From: Octopus sinensis
Lineage: Eukaryota
NCBI RefSeq assembly: GCF_006345805.1
Contig: NC_043011.1
Coordinates: forward strand, 31,632,464 to 31,696,463
DNA: 64,000 bases
Direction of reading: 5' to 3'
Shown: positions 13,712 to 27,780 of the stretch, piece by piece
Numbering within the stretch: position 1 is the first letter of the stretch
Layout: each line of letters begins with the position of its first letter
The notes under the pieces: generated by a model
Told to the model about the DNA's origin: nothing
Database searches by the model: none
What the model saw: only the letters and a program-made list of their open reading frames with translations
Translations under genes and position numbers: made by a program

Positions 13712-16700
13712 AAAAAAAAAGTATTAGAAGAACATGACGTTTTATTTGACAATGGTTGATTGATTTCTGTTTTGTTCATTTTGGCTGAATTGACTTTGCT
13801 TGTAATGATCATTTATTTATTTAGCATTTTCATAACACTTAAACATATATGTATGTATGTATGTATAATTTATTACAATTCCATTGATTCTCCCTTGTTT
13901 CAATTTTTCTATTTAATTGAAAATGGATCGTTATTATCTAAAAAAAAGAAAAAAGAAAAGAAAAAAAGAAAATTTTAATCATTTACTAGGGCTCTGTAAC
14001 ACTCTTTATATTACTTTGAATTATATTTTCAATTTTCCTTTAATATATTTTGAGATGATTAATGATGCAGGAATAAAATCAGATGATGTTTTTCTTTCTT
14101 TCAGAAATCATCTAATTCTATTCTTGTTAATAATATTATTTATCTGCCTATGACTTTTTTCTTGACCTTTTATTTCTGATGCTATTAATCTAATTCTCTG
14201 AATGAAATGTTAAATTAACTGATGTATTCATTAGTGATTTAGTCTTATATAGATATTAGTTTGCTCTGTTTAATTCATCAATTTCTTATTTAAAAAATAT
14301 TTTTGATATATAGTTATTTTCATTAAGAAGATTCTGCTGATTGTATTTTGAGTTTTTTTGGTTTTTTTATTTTGTGTTACTGTCCTCTGAGTCGCTGCCA
14401 GCACTTTCATTATAGTCTCCTATATATGAATGATAAATAGTATTATTCTAGTGAAATACTGTCACATCTAAATATTTAAGCAATGACAGTATTACATATT
14501 TTTGAATATTATATTAACATTCTGTAAGACTTTATGTTCTTGTAGTGAATGAAATATTTATTAATGTCATTTGAAGTTCAAGAATAGCTGATATAGAAAA
14601 TATTTCCAGTTCCTTTCTTTTCTGAAATCAAAATGTTATTCAAATTATCTTTTGGTTTGTCAAGGGAAATAGGATACAACAAATCCAGTGCAACACTAGT
14701 TTTGTAGCACATAATAGTTTTGATATTAGATAAAGTATCTTAACTCTTAACATTCAATATAGCAAGTATCCACAACAGTTACCAAACCCCAAACTGCACA
14801 TAATCACAATTCGAATAGTATTATTCTTTGGGGGTCAAAAATGAAACTAAGCATTCTTCTGTGTAAGAAACAAAGTTTAGCTTTGTTTCAGGAAGAACTT
14901 CCTGTTAAAAGAATTCCTATTTGTACCATACATGCTTTTGGGGAAATAGGGGATTATGAAGTGAATTTCTCTGGATTGTTTATCTGTTGATTTTTGAGCA
15001 ATTGAATGCCTTAAGTGACGAATTATAATTCAGTGATATTTTATTAATGATTTATTTATTGTTTATTTATTAATGATTAGAGACAGAAAACTTAGACTTG
15101 GAGAAAATAAGTAGAGTGATATTTCAGTGTCATCTATAAACACAGCTAAGTGAGATCAGGATTTATCAATTCTGAATAAGAGTGGAGTTACCACATTGTT
15201 GATATTGCATCAGTTGTTTTCATTAGTAAATGGTAAGGATTAATAGATACTAATTTACTTTAAATGTAGGGTCTTTGCATTCTGATGGGTTTACAAGGAG
15301 AGCATAATTATGGTAATACGAGTAAATGACACTAATTTGTTAGGTCTTGCAACACCTTTGGAGGAGATGAAGGCATATCTCACAATTCTTATTCTAATGA
15401 GAGTTCTGCAGCTTCCAAGTTACAGAGATGAGCATAAATTGAAAGCTAAGACAGGAAATTGATACTCAGGAATCAATATCTAGTAGATATGTTTGAAAAC
15501 AACCTACTTGGGCAAGTGAAAATGGCATGACAACAGGTAATAATCAGTAACAGGTAAAAGCCACATTCACAATGTCCACCAACAATCATTATTTTGTATG
15601 AGTAAATTTCATCCAAATTCATGCAGTGGTTATAATTTTATGCTCAACTAACTGCATTTCATTAAAATCTTTTGTTCCTAATTGGATTGGAATTAATTAT
15701 GTTGAGAAAGTACTATAAGACATTAAAAGTTACAAGCTTTTGACTAGATCTGTTAAAAAAAAAAAAAACACTTCAAAATTGAAAAGGTACCTCTTCCAAA
15801 CAAAAAGAAAAATTAATAATAATAAATAGAATATTAATACAAAAGGTGAGGAAGAGGTAAGCTTTATCTTATGATACATCAAATATATTAGAGAAAGTGA
15901 GATATGGATGAGATGCATTTTACAGAATAGGAACCTATAAAATTTTAGCAATTCAATAAGTAATGCAATTATGAATATGATGGAAAATTTACTTGTTACA
16001 AGTTTGAGTTTCTTCGGGTATCACTTTTGTAATAATGAAGACAACTGTTTCTGATTTGTTTTTGGTTCCCTTTTCCGAATGTTGGTATGGTGCTGAAAAG
16101 TAGAGTTATACTTTAAGCATGTTTATGTGCTTCATTCTGAATGTAAAATACTCTTCAATGCACAATTCAGCTTGTGGTGAAGGAATACTACATTATTTCA
16201 TGTACCAAGATATAATTCAAAAGCACTTCAAACACATGCTGAGAGAGGGAGAGGGACTAAGAGATGTACAGACCTCACAAATATTGCTGTGTCTTGATAG
16301 TCTTCCTTCTCTCTCCACGTCACTTTCACCCTTTTTCTCGTGCATGTAATAATACTTCAGCACTTTTACTCAGACCTTCACATCTTAGAATCCTTAGTCT
16401 TATTCACTTTTTCTCTCCCTTCTCTATTTCTCTCATGTTTTCTCTTGCTATTCCTTCATTAATTCAACTATTTCCACCACCCTCTTTCCCTTCTTTCTCT
16501 CTTCCTCTTTCATTCATTCTACTATTATATCTCTGCCAGTATCCCTTCCACTATCATTACTATAACTACCAGCTGCTTTACTTTATTTGAGTTACTTCCC
16601 TTAGTGTTTACAAAGAAGGTAGGTAGGAACATACTATTGTATAGATTGCTATCTTATATCAATTGTCTTCATCATAACACTGGCTTTTCCATTTAGCATT

Positions 16701-17892
16701 ATATCTTTTACACATGATTCCTACAGACTGCTCTCCATAACCTTTTGTTCCCAACAATAACAACAGTTTTCTAATTTTTTTTCGTCCCTTATTTTACTCT
16801 GTTAAAACACCTCCAGCACTATATAAATCACCTGAGTAGCAGAAACTATTGACTATGTCTACTGAGTTCATGGACTTCATTTCATGAGTGTTTCAACTGT
16901 TAACTACGGTTTGATGCATTAGCATTTCATAGTCTCATTTACCACCATTTTGGTCTTTCACGTGTTAACCTTCAGATCTGTTGACTATGCTTCTAGGTTT
17001 TAAATTTTCTGCAACTCTTCAGAACTGCTTTGAGAATCAAACAATCAGCATACAAAAGTTCTAAAGAACAGCCACTGGTTGTGACCACAAGAACAATGAT
17101 TAATAGAAGGGTGCTTCAGTACAGAACCCTACTGAACATTTACCTGTATGCAAAATTGTCAGTGAATTCACTGCCAACTGTAATATTGCTAAAAGTACTT
17201 TTTATGTATTGTTTGTTATTTTTACCCAGTTTCTTTTCTCCTATGGAGACTGGAATGAAGGCCTCTGGGTTGAAAGCTTAACTGAGTGGTTTGGTTTTTG
17301 CCAACAGTTTGTTGCAGCCATTGCACAAACTTAAACTATATTATCTAAACTAATCTTAAGCCCTGAACTAAGTTTACTAAAGCTGTTATCGGGTACTTTT
17401 GACTTCGCACATCATTTTTGGACCCCTATCCAATGCATTTTTGCCTCTGCACCAGTTGACAGCGCTTTTATTGATCAACTAACTTTCGTGTGTGCCCTAC
17501 ATGATCAACTAGTGTGTGTGTGTGTATGTGTGCCACACATATCCTGCTGCTTTCAGAATTTTAACAATTATTCCTGATGATATTGAACTTGCTGCTTTCC
17601 TAGCCTTCAGGTTTTTTTTTGTTTTTTTTTTGTAGCCTCATTATCCATACTGAAGCTGACCTCAGTAGTTTACCTTTCTATTGATTCCACTTGGGATAGT
17701 ATTATCTTCAGTGTTACTTAAGACATTCAAATCTTTGACACAAAAGAATTGGCAGATTCTGTCTCTTGATTCGGCAATTGTTTCATTAATTCATTTATAT
17801 GTAGATGGTTTCGCATCTTTATCTTTCTACATCGATTGTATTTACTGTTTTGCTTATATTCTATACAGATTATATGGAAATTATTGATACTA

Positions 17893-17925
<33 letters not shown>

Positions 17926-17949
17926 CTGAATCTTTTTGTTCTTTTTCAG

Positions 17950-18034
17950 ATGTTCTCGCCGCCAGTTGCTGGTCAAGGAATCAAAAATGGAACCACAAAT
18001 ATGGACTCTATGTATTCTGGAGGATATAAACAAG
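17950..18034 (+). CDS. TCF12: E-protein (TCF12/TCF4/daughterless family) coding exon A, MFSPPVAGQGIKNGTTNMDSMYSGGYKQ(G)
   Basis: Polypyrimidine tract plus cag acceptor, aag|gtaaat donor, 85 nt, phase 0 to 1. MFSPPV is the motif that follows AD1 in TCF4 (MFSPPVSSGKNG) and TCF12. The symbol marks the family; invertebrates generally have one E-protein gene. Confidence 0.9.
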
Positions 18035-19100
18035 GTAAATATTTTCCCCATTGGGTAAATTTGAAGAGTGAATTTCATGATTATGCATTTTGAATTGTGA
18101 TAGCTTGTGTGGAATGCAGACTGGAAGAAGTCTGATCATGTCCACGGTCCATTCTGTCCATATGGCCTGAAGGTTCTAGTAGTGACGACAGCAAAACAAT
18201 GCAAGTCATCTCAGTGGTAGATAGCCCAACACTAGGTGCAAAGCTTATGAAGCTGAATGTGATAAAATTTATTTGGAGAGTATTGTGCATGCTTGCATGC
18301 ACACATACCTACATTGATTCCTTCTCCTTATCACAAAGGCCCTCTTGATTTACTGTCTTCTTTTCAGCCTTCTGTGAAGTTGATGTGACTAAAGATGAAA
18401 GTGGGTCTTTTTTTTCATTCCATACTGCCCACGTATCTCAAGATATCATTGCATCTATCTAAATGTAATCACTCTACCTCTTTCACTTATCTCCAGGCCT
18501 TTCTATAAAAGAAAGATAGCCTTCCAATTTCTTTATGTCCAATACACTTTACCTTTTCCGTACTGTCAGTCATCACTCCTCTCTCCTAGGACCACTTGTA
18601 CTGATGTCCATCTCCTTCATATCATTGCCCACTTCTGTTACTACTCATCAAACTATTTCCTCTTCTATAAGCCTCTCATATTATCAGTCACTCAGCTTCT
18701 GCCATCATATTTTTGCTCCTTTCACCTTCAAACCCTGATTCTTCACCTGTCATTACTCTATCTTATGTTGACCCTCCTGGTCATATTGCCTTGAATGAAT
18801 GGGCACATCAAAAGGTAGCAAGGACTTTTTTTAGTCTTATGAGGTAAAAGACTACCTCACTATACCGGTGCCATGATATAAATGTTAAATTGTGTATGTA
18901 GTTTGCACGTGCATAGATGTAGGAATGGCTGTGTTTAAGCAGTTTGATTCCCAGCCATGTGGTTTCAGGCTCAGTCCCACTATATAATACTTTAGGCAAA
19001 TGTTTTCTCCTATCCCCTGAGGTAAAACCTTGTGAGTGGATTTAATAGGCAGAAAGCGAAAGAAGCCCATCATGTATGCATATAATATATATATATATAT

Positions 19101-19423
19101 AAAGGGTAGAGACATCCTTCAGTCATGAATGACCATGGGATTGCACCTAGAAAATTCCTTCCCAAGGCACAAGTCTGGGCAAGGTTGCTTATGGAAGACT
19201 AGTAGTCACCCATGCATTCTACCAATGTTATCCAAGAGAAAGGCAAAAGCTGATACAGCCTGGCACCAGTGACATCGTAACTCATTTCTACAGCTAAGTG
19301 AACTGGATCAATGTGAAATAAAGTGTCTTGCTCAAGATCACAACATATAGCCTGGTCTGGGAATTGAACTCACTACCCCATGATTGTGAACCCAACGCTC
19401 TAAACATTGAGCCATGTGCCTTC
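19101..19423 (-). mobile_element. tRNA-derived SINE family B
   Basis: Reverse complement of 50880-51215. Confidence 0.8.
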
Positions 19424-19778
19424 ATACACACACAGACATGCACACGCAGTTGTGGGTGGGGGTGAGATGTGCCACTATGTCTTGAATTATGTGATGATTT
19501 GATTATAGATGAATGCCACAGTCATAGAAGTGGTGCCCCTTATTTTCAGTTTTCTGCCTTAAACAGTTTGGTCATGGGGAAAATTTTACTTTAGAAACAT
19601 TTGAGTGTTTGCAACAGGGAAGGCATTCATTTCTAGAAAACCTGCCTCAATGAATTCTGTCTGACCCATACATGTATGGAAAAACTGGATGTTAAAAGTG
19701 ATTTTAACGATACATACATGCGTGTGATTGTGTGTGCACGTGCATGCATGTATGAGTGTATAGCAAGAGAGAGAGAGT

Positions 19779-20080
19779 GAAGGCTTGTGGCCTAGTAGTT
19801 AAGATGTTGCACACATGATGACTATATTGTGGTTTCAATTCCTGGACTTGGCAGTGCATTGTGTTCTTCAGTGAAATACGTCATTTCACATTGCTCTGTG
19901 ATCACTTTGACATCTGACTTGTGGCACACCATGCACCTGTATAGGTAATGTCGATTTGACAGAGGGAGTGGACTAATGTACAGCACAAACATTTGATCAC
20001 TATAAACAAATCATGTGTGCAAGTTGTTGAGCAAGAAATTGCGGAACTCATCTATCATCTACAACTGGAGAGCCCATAAT
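19779..20080 (+). mobile_element. tRNA-derived SINE family C
   Basis: Head gtggcctagtagttaag...tcaattcc. Inverted copy at 55540-55786. Confidence 0.75.
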
Positions 20081-20191
20081 ATATATTTGTGTATATATGT
20101 GTAGATAAACATTAACACCCCCGCCACAAGGAAATACCAGGTGTTGCTGCCAGTTTATCTATGATACATAATTGTATATAATGTTTATGTG

Positions 20192-20320
<129 letters not shown>

Positions 20321-21327
20321 TGCATTTATGTATATATATTATGTCAATTATATTTTGCTATCTGTTTGTTATTTTGTGTGAGTGTATATCTAACCCATGT
20401 TAGTTGGGAAATATATATTCAGAAAATGTATGGGTTATACAACGTGAAGTCAGGGAGGTTGACGAGTGTCAGCTAGTCCAAAGGGAGGAGAAACTTGATG
20501 GGTGTTAGTGTTAGTTAATAGTTAATATATGAATGTATAAAAAGAAATATTGTTGATAAACAAAAATGATGTAGAAAATCAGTCAATCATATGATAATGA
20601 ACAGAAAGTGTAATAACGGTGGTATTGTTTATGAAGGTGTTACATACATTCATAATGCATGTGTGTGTGCATATATGTATATAGGTATATTTGCTTTTGT
20701 GTGTGTGTGTGCATGGGTGGGTGTCTGTATGTACATGCATGCGCATATGAGTGCTTGTGTGAATATTTGCATTCTGCAACGTCTTCACTCATATTCGCTC
20801 AAGTAAAAGTGGTGACATTATGTTGACAATTCCATGTCAACAAATTGACCGTAACTCTGTGCTTTTGACAAGTAGGATTAAAATCTTGTTACTTGAAAAA
20901 CAGGAAAGGGTTAACAGTAGGAAGAGTATCTTGTATACTTACCTGTACATACATATATATATATATATATATACATGGCTGTGTGGTTGAAAAAAGTTGC
21001 TTCTCAACCATGTGATCTTTGGTTCAGTTCTACTGTGTTCACCTTGGACAAATATCTTCTGTGGCCCCAAGCCAACCTAACCTTTAAGAATGGATTTAGT
21101 GGATGGAAAATGAAAGAAGCTTGTTGTGTGTGTATCTATCTATCTATCTATCTATCTATCTACCTACCTGTCTTTACCCCCCCCCCCCCCCACACACACA
21201 CAGAGTCATACTTCTCGCTTTATGAGACCTTGGGTTTGTGACCTTTTACGAGTTTTATTTTCTGTTTACAAGTTTTTGCTTTATGAGCAGCCTCTGGGAA
21301 CATGTTAACTCATATATTGAGGCATTA

Positions 21328-21393
<66 letters not shown>

Positions 21394-21799
21394 ATTCGCA
21401 CACATGTATTTATGTGTACCCTTTTCTAGATATGTGATGTTGTAAATGAGTTGATTGTTTCCAGTCACCCACAGAAAATATATCTAGCTATGGGAAAATA
21501 TTACTTGAAAACAGGTGAGGGTTGACAACAGGAAGGGCATTCAACTGTAGAAAATCTGAATCAACAAATTAAATCTGATCCACGCAAGCATAGAAAAGTG
21601 TACATCAAATGATGATGATACATGTATATGTATGTATGTATGTATGTATACATACATACATACATATGTACGTACATATGTGTGTATAGATACATATATA
21701 CATACACACACACAGTCACTAGATATAGCAAATTCGAAGGACACTGATGATCTGTATCAACAAGACATATATTAGTTTGGAAAAAAGTGGAGTGAAATT

Positions 21800-22450
21800 G
21801 CTGTGATGAGTGCCATATCCAACATTTTGGACAGAGTCCTCTTCCAGAATAAAGTAGAGAGTAGTTAAATAAAAGAACGACAGCAGAGTTTTACATCCTC
21901 TGTGTTTGAGTAGTTGGCTCCAGTTGATAGGGAACAGATAAGTGAGCTTGCGTATTTTAGACAGGAAGTAGCTGGAGAGAAACTGGGTGAGAGATGGCGA
22001 AGAAAAGAGGAAAAGTGTATGTAGGTAAGGTGGAAAGAAAAATTGAGGTGAAAGTGAAGCTGAAGAATAAGAATGAGATTACTGAACTAAGATGTGGAAA
22101 AGTAGAAGGTAAAACAGTTTAAAGCCATAGGTTTCAAGTTTGAATATGAAATGTTCTTTTCACTTCCTTGAGTTGGTGGAGATGCCACTCACTGATAAAA
22201 GGGTAATGGAATGGCCTGTTGTGTTAAGTGGGTGATGACAAGTCAGCCTGGCATATATAGTATTGTGTTTTGAATGTGTTCCTGAAAGTGATTGGCTAGG
22301 CAACAGCCTGTTTCTCTAGTGTAGAATATCCTGCAAAGTTTGCTAATGACAGAGTTTGTGTATGAGGTTAGAAGTCATGCTGTGGAAGTTTGGGATGACA
22401 TGGTACTGTGACTTAGGCCTGGTAATAGTGGTAATGTTCTTGTAGGGACA
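21800..22450 (-). mobile_element. Penelope-like retroelement 3' remnant (GIY-YIG endonuclease plus 3' repeat)
   Basis: Minus strand near 22260-22340 reads LCRIFYTRETGCCLANHFQEHIQN, consistent with CpG-decayed YxGETGRRLxxRFxEH. Followed by a pyrimidine-rich tail and a decayed hammerhead-like core. Confidence 0.7.
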
Positions 22451-22559
22451 GGTGGTGAGCACTTTTAAAAGTACTGTCCATACATGAGCTGTTGTTCATT
22501 TCCAGTCTTCCATGGATAAACATGTCTGGATATTTACTAGGAAATGATCCATGAAGGCT

Positions 22560-23620
22560 GTGTCATCATCAAAAAGAAGTATATGGAATACATATATCAC
22601 ATCACATCCTAGTGAACCTTAGTCTCGATATGTTCCACTGTTTTGTAGAATTTACACTTTGCTTGTATGTTCACTTGCCATCCTTTGAAGCAATGCACCC
22701 AGAAATTATACAGATTGAGTACACAGCCCAGTTTTGCCTCATAGGTAACTGGAAAGGGGATCAAACTGTCTTCCTCAAGTGAAATGTAGTAGATGTACCA
22801 TCATCAAATTACTTGACTATTTCCACAAATTTTTCTGGTCACCCATATCTTTTGAACAAAGCCCATAAGCTCTCTCTCTTCTCAACTGTCAAAAGCCTTC
22901 ATAAAATCCAATAAGTGTGGTGAAAAATTCACATATTTGGGTAGTATGATTTCTGTTGATACATTCTGGACCACTCCATTCAGTCCTTTGTTGTTGCTTT
23001 CAGGAAGCTCAGTGATTGGTTTTGGAAAGAATGCAGCATAAAACTGCAAACTTTTCTGAGCAATAATATTGTGCTTGTCGTGTTCTGCAGAGAACTACAT
23101 TCTGTGTCATCAGTTTATCGAAATAGTTTATGACCTGCCAGCTACAATCCATAATGAATATTTCTTGGTGGGATGACATCTGCAACCTGGTAGCTCTGTA
23201 GTGTACAAATGTGCTTGGTATTGTTTATCCTACTGGAATTACAGTTGTACTGGGTGTGACATGTGATGTGTATGGAGAGTAGGCTGCCCAAGTTTTTCTT
23301 GTGAGGTGAAACATGAAAGTTGTTGAAGAGGATACTCAAAACTACATTATAAAGATAGCAATCAAATGATATTTCAATGAAGTGGATGGCTTGATTGCAA
23401 CTATATGGAAGAAGGTAATGTTTAAAGGCATATAATGATGGAGAGCTATTAAAAAAAATAGAGTAAATGTTGCAGGTTGGAATTGGATGAAACAGCTCAC
23501 TGGAGAGGGAAAAGGCTAGAGCAAAATCTGCTTCACCAGAATGACCAGCTCTGCTTCTCAAATACCTTTGGTCATGTTTGGCCAGCATATTCAGTCTCCA
23601 ATCCTACCTTAGAGTGAAAC
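22560..23620 (-). mobile_element. RTE-clade LINE reverse transcriptase remnant
   Basis: Minus strand near 22790-22920 reads DFMKAFDS...LWALFKRYG*PEKFVEIV..FDDG (with a frameshift), then KLGCVL (GVKQGCVL-like). Confidence 0.7.
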
Positions 23621-24380
23621 ATCATTGATGAAGTTGCCTATATATAAATTGATAAAAGAAGCCTTTACTACCAAGTAATACTTCAGTACTTTATTACACA
23701 TGGCAGCCAAGAAGATGCATATATACATATACACACATGCATATATATACGTTTGTATATACCTACATATTTGTGTGTGTGTGTGTGTAATATACAAATA
23801 TATGATATATGTACATTTGTACAGACATATACACACGTGTGTATGTATTTTTATATGCACATACATATGTGTGACTATGTTGATATTATTATGTATTGTA
23901 AATAGTAGTAATGGATGTGTACAACAACTGATGAAAAAGATAAACAAAATAAAGGTTATTCGAATTTCATCGCTTAATTTCTGTTTCAGAATTATTACTA
24001 TTTTGGCACTTGGAAAAAAGTTGGTATCATTCATCTGGAAAGTGCTCATGCTTACACAAAACAAAACAAATACAAATCTTGCAGCTAAAAACATGTTAGG
24101 GGATGTTAGGAAAGTCTTACAACTGAAAAGGCCACAAAGCAGAGACAAAAGATTGGTACAAAAAAAAGACAAGAGTATAAGCAAAGAAGATGTCATTTGA
24201 CTAAAAGCAGGGACAAACATGAAAACAACTGTGTAGATTAAAACTGTGAAAATCTTTTGTTTAGGCATGCAATCTGAGTAGGAAGAAATATTGGACATAT
24301 GTGGTCAGTATGACGCACATGAGACAAAAGGTTGGCAGAGAAGAGTGTTGGGTGTCAGGGGATATATATATATATATGAA

Positions 24381-24592
24381 AGAGGGGGTACTGAAAAGTT
24401 CCTGGCTTTAAGGGCATTATGAAAGGCCTGGTTGGAGTCCTTCCAAGTTCTTTTACATGGCTTAGAAAAACTGAAGGGCCACTGCAATAAGTGTGAGAAT
24501 CAGAAAGGGGAATATGTTGAATAAAATCATAATTAACTAATCCTCCTGTATTTTCTTTTACCCAAAACCAGGATCTTTTCAGTACCCCCTTG
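24381..24592 (+). mobile_element. Mariner-derived MITE
   Basis: TIRs agggggtactgaaaagttcctgg and ccaggatcttttcagtaccccct. Internal 24459-24524 encodes GLEKLKGHCNKCENQKGEYVE*, like a mariner transposase C-terminus. Confidence 0.85.
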
Positions 24593-25338
24593 AGTGAGTG
24601 TGTGTGTGTATATATGTATGTATGTATGTATGTATATCATCATCATCAAACATCTGTTGTCCATGCTGGGTTGGGTTGAACACACACACACACATTAAAA
24701 TGTGGAGAATGAAGTATTTGAACACTCAGTGTTCAAATTCTTCATTTTCCCATTTTGATATTGTTCTTTACATTCTAAGTAGCCAAAAAATAAACTGGAA
24801 CATCAGAAGAAACAAGCCATGGCATTTTACTCTGAAAAACTTGTTATCTGCCTGGATATCATATCCCTCCTCTTACTATATATATATATATATATATATA
24901 ATACTTGTGAGAAGTAGCATGAATTTGAACAAAGGCAAAGAAACATATTCAACACTGTACAAAATAAATTCTTAGTTTGTTGAAATTACCTGTTCTCAAG
25001 TGAAGGTAAATAAACCTAGCATTTAAGCTTGAAGCAAGAAAACTAGTTGTATATTTTAGATTTTGGCTGATTAAAGAATATTGTTATAAGACAAATCTAA
25101 GGATATTGAAAGATTTAAGAATGTGATAAAGTAAGAAAATCTAATACAATTTTTTTACACAGCATCATTTGCACTTGCTATCACAGCGATTGGTCATATC
25201 TGAATGTTAATCAGATATACTCGATGTGGATATTAGTTAATTTGTTTGTCATTTAACTTATAAACATTGTTGATAAATTTTTAGAAAATATTATGGTGTA
25301 ATGCTATGATAAGTCAATGAATTGATTTTATTTTGTAG

Positions 25339-25394
25339 GCCTAGATGATGCAAATTGGAGTAACAATGGACAAGGCTCTAGTTATGATTCAAGG
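25339..25394 (+). CDS. TCF12: E-protein coding exon B, (G)LDDANWSNNGQGSSYDSR
   Basis: ttttgtag acceptor, agg|gtaagt donor, 56 nt, phase 1 to 0, in frame with exon A. Resembles TCF12 GIDE...SWG..GQPSPSYDSSR. Confidence 0.88.
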
Positions 25395-25869
25395 GTAAGT
25401 AAACCACTTCTGCTGTAATGATCTATATTTTTCTAATCTGCTAAAACCACTTCATCTACAAAGAGATCTGTCTCTTGTCTGAGGCTGACTTACTCTCTTC
25501 CATTTGCTAACAGATTATTAATGATGTGAAGAATATTTTCAGGTCTTAAAAATGACTTACCCTTTCTGTTCCAGCACATTGTAGTTACAGAGTCCTGTGT
25601 TAACTATTGTTTTAATGTTATTGTTATGCTAATCAAATAATTTAATTTTATTATGATTTAAAGCATTACTTCAATATTCACTTTTAACCCTTTTGAAACC
25701 AAACTGCCTGAGATCGCCCTGGTTTTATGACACCAACTTCCTGTTTTAAAGTGATCTAAATTAAAACCTGCCATCAAAATTTCATGTTAATCTATGTTCT
25801 AAACACCAGCTTAACAGTGACGGATATTTTACTAAATTCTTCATTATTTTCAAAAATCGCTGTCTTCTA

Positions 25870-26180
25870 CACATACGGGCTTGTCTTTTCAGGTGCTGGT
25901 GCCACTTAATAAGCACCCCTGCCAGTGCTGCATTGATACACCTGTGCTGGTGCTGCATAAATACACCCATACTAGTGGCCCATAAGAAGCACCCATGACA
26001 CTCTGTTAAGTGGTTGGCATTAGGAAGGGTATTAGGTTGTTAAGTGGTTGGCATTAGGAAGTGGAAGCTGAAGAAACTATGCCATATAGACAGTTGGAGT
26101 CTGGACAGCTACCTGCTAGCCAGCTCCATGTCAAACTGTCCAACCCATGCCAGCATGGAAAGTGGACATTAAATGATGAG
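25870..26180 (+). mobile_element. Retroposon family E with (GAT)n tail (RTE-related)
   Basis: aagcaccc repeats, then aacccatgccagcatggaaa..ggacattaaatgatga. Confidence 0.7.
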
Positions 26181-26227
26181 GGTAATGATTATTTTCAAAA
26201 TGAAATGAAACAAAGACCATGCAATTC

Positions 26228-26612
26228 AGCAGGAGTGGCTGTGTGGTAAGTAGCTTGCTTGCCAACCACATGGTTCCAGGTTCAGTCTCACTGCGTGGCA
26301 CCTTGAGCAAGTGTCTTCTACTATAGCCCCAGGCTGACCAAAGCCTTGTGAGTGGATTTGGTAGACGGAAACTGAAATAGGCCCGTCATATATATGTATA
26401 TATACGTTAGTGTGTCTGTGTTTGTTCCCCCAACATCGCTTGATAACCAATGCTGGTGTGTTTACAACCCCGTAACTTAGCGGTTCAGCAAAAGAGACCG
26501 ATAGAATAAGTACTAGGCTTACAAAGAATAAGACCTGGGGTCGATTTGCTCAACTAAAGGCGGTGCTCCAGCATGGTCGAAGTCATATGACTGAAACAAG
26601 TAAAAGAGTAAA
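26228..26612 (+). mobile_element. SINE family A, full length
   Basis: Head gcaggagtggctgtgtggtaag...ggttcagtc, internal microsatellite, tail gactgaaacaagtaaaagagtaaaa. Confidence 0.88.
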
Positions 26613-26856
26613 AACGAAATATTGTAACAAAAAGATTAAGAGGAGAGAATTTGATGTTAATTTATTCCCACTGCTAATCAGATACTGTGATAGCATCTGT
26701 ACTTTATAGTGTGTGTGTGTCTCCTCAAGAAGCTGATCTACTGTGGTACATCTAAATGTAGACAATATTATTACACAGTTAAATACATAATAGACACAAA
26801 CGAGTAGGTTCAATGTAGCATCTCTTTCTCTCTTCATCAGATAGTTGAAAGACATT

Positions 26857-27370
26857 ATCATCATCATCGTTTTACGTCCGTTTTCCATGCCGGCATGGGA
26901 TGGATGGTTCAACTGGTGTCTGGGAAGCCAGGAGGCTGCACCAGGCCCCAATCTGATCTGGCAGTGTTTCTACAGCCGGATGCCCTTCCTAATGCTGAGC
27001 ACTCTGTGTGTATAGTGGGTGCTTTTTACGTACCACTGGCACAAGGGGCCACAGGAGCTAGCATCGACCACAAACGGATGGTGTTTTTTACATACCACCA
27101 GCACGGAAGCCAGTCCGTTCGGATAGTGCTTTTTATGTGCTACCAGCACGGGGCTCACAACTACAATTTCCATTTGATTTGATTTTGATATTGCTGATGT
27201 TGATGCACTTGACTCAATAGGTCTCCTCAAGCACGGCATGTCAACCTACAATCCAAGGTACTTTTGAGTGGGCTTGTGTAGGTTACAGCTGTGTACTCAC
27301 TTTATTTGCCAGGTCTTGTCAGTCACAGCATACCTCCAGAGGTTTCGGTCTTTTGTCATTGCCTCTGTGA
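26857..27370 (-). mobile_element. Retroposon family E, longer copy
   Basis: Starts with (CAT)n, then gttttccatgccggcatggg...ggatgcccttcctaa. Confidence 0.7.
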
Positions 27371-27395
27371 GAAAAGACTGAAACCTCTGGAGGTA
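27331..27395. repeat. 24-bp inverted repeat with a 17-nt loop
   Basis: tacctccagaggtttcggtctttt / aaaagactgaaacctctggaggta, with one G-U pair on the + strand. Confidence 0.9.
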
Positions 27396-27560
27396 CATTT
27401 TAATAAAATTCTCTCCATGTGTGGATAGTTTTAGAAAGAAATTAAGCTCTTATGAACTAGTGTGGGTGAATCTATTTCTATTGCATTTTGTTTTCTGATT
27501 TGTTTTTATATATAAATATTTATATCTAACCTATAAACAAGCATGGGCTGTTTAACTTAA

Positions 27561-27780
27561 CCCTTTAGCATTTTAGCCAAACATATCTGGCCCTTTACAT
27601 TTTACTTGTTTTATGTTCAAACCAACCAGATATAGTTTTTCGTACCTACTCTACTGTGTCATTCTAAGAATAACAGCCACATCATCAAAATCTCAGAGCT
27701 ACAAAATAAGGCATGATTAAGTTGAAAGAATGTGAATAAATAAGCATTACATTTGACAGAGTAATCTGAATGCTAAAGGG
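27561..27780 (+). mobile_element. piggyBac-like MITE with TTAA target duplication
   Basis: TTAA|CCCTTTAGCATT ... AATGCTAAAGGG|TTAA, 220 bp, with further copies in the window. Confidence 0.8.

Noticed and set aside
1-17949. Expected AD1 exon (ELSDLLDFSA-like)
   Set aside because: Not found by eye. It probably lies upstream of the window. Donors near 9294 and 10427 lack a supporting coding frame.
23609-24298. 229-aa minus-strand ORF and overlapping 166-aa plus-strand ORF
   Set aside because: They run through TA/CA microsatellite and decayed repeat sequence with no recognisable domain.
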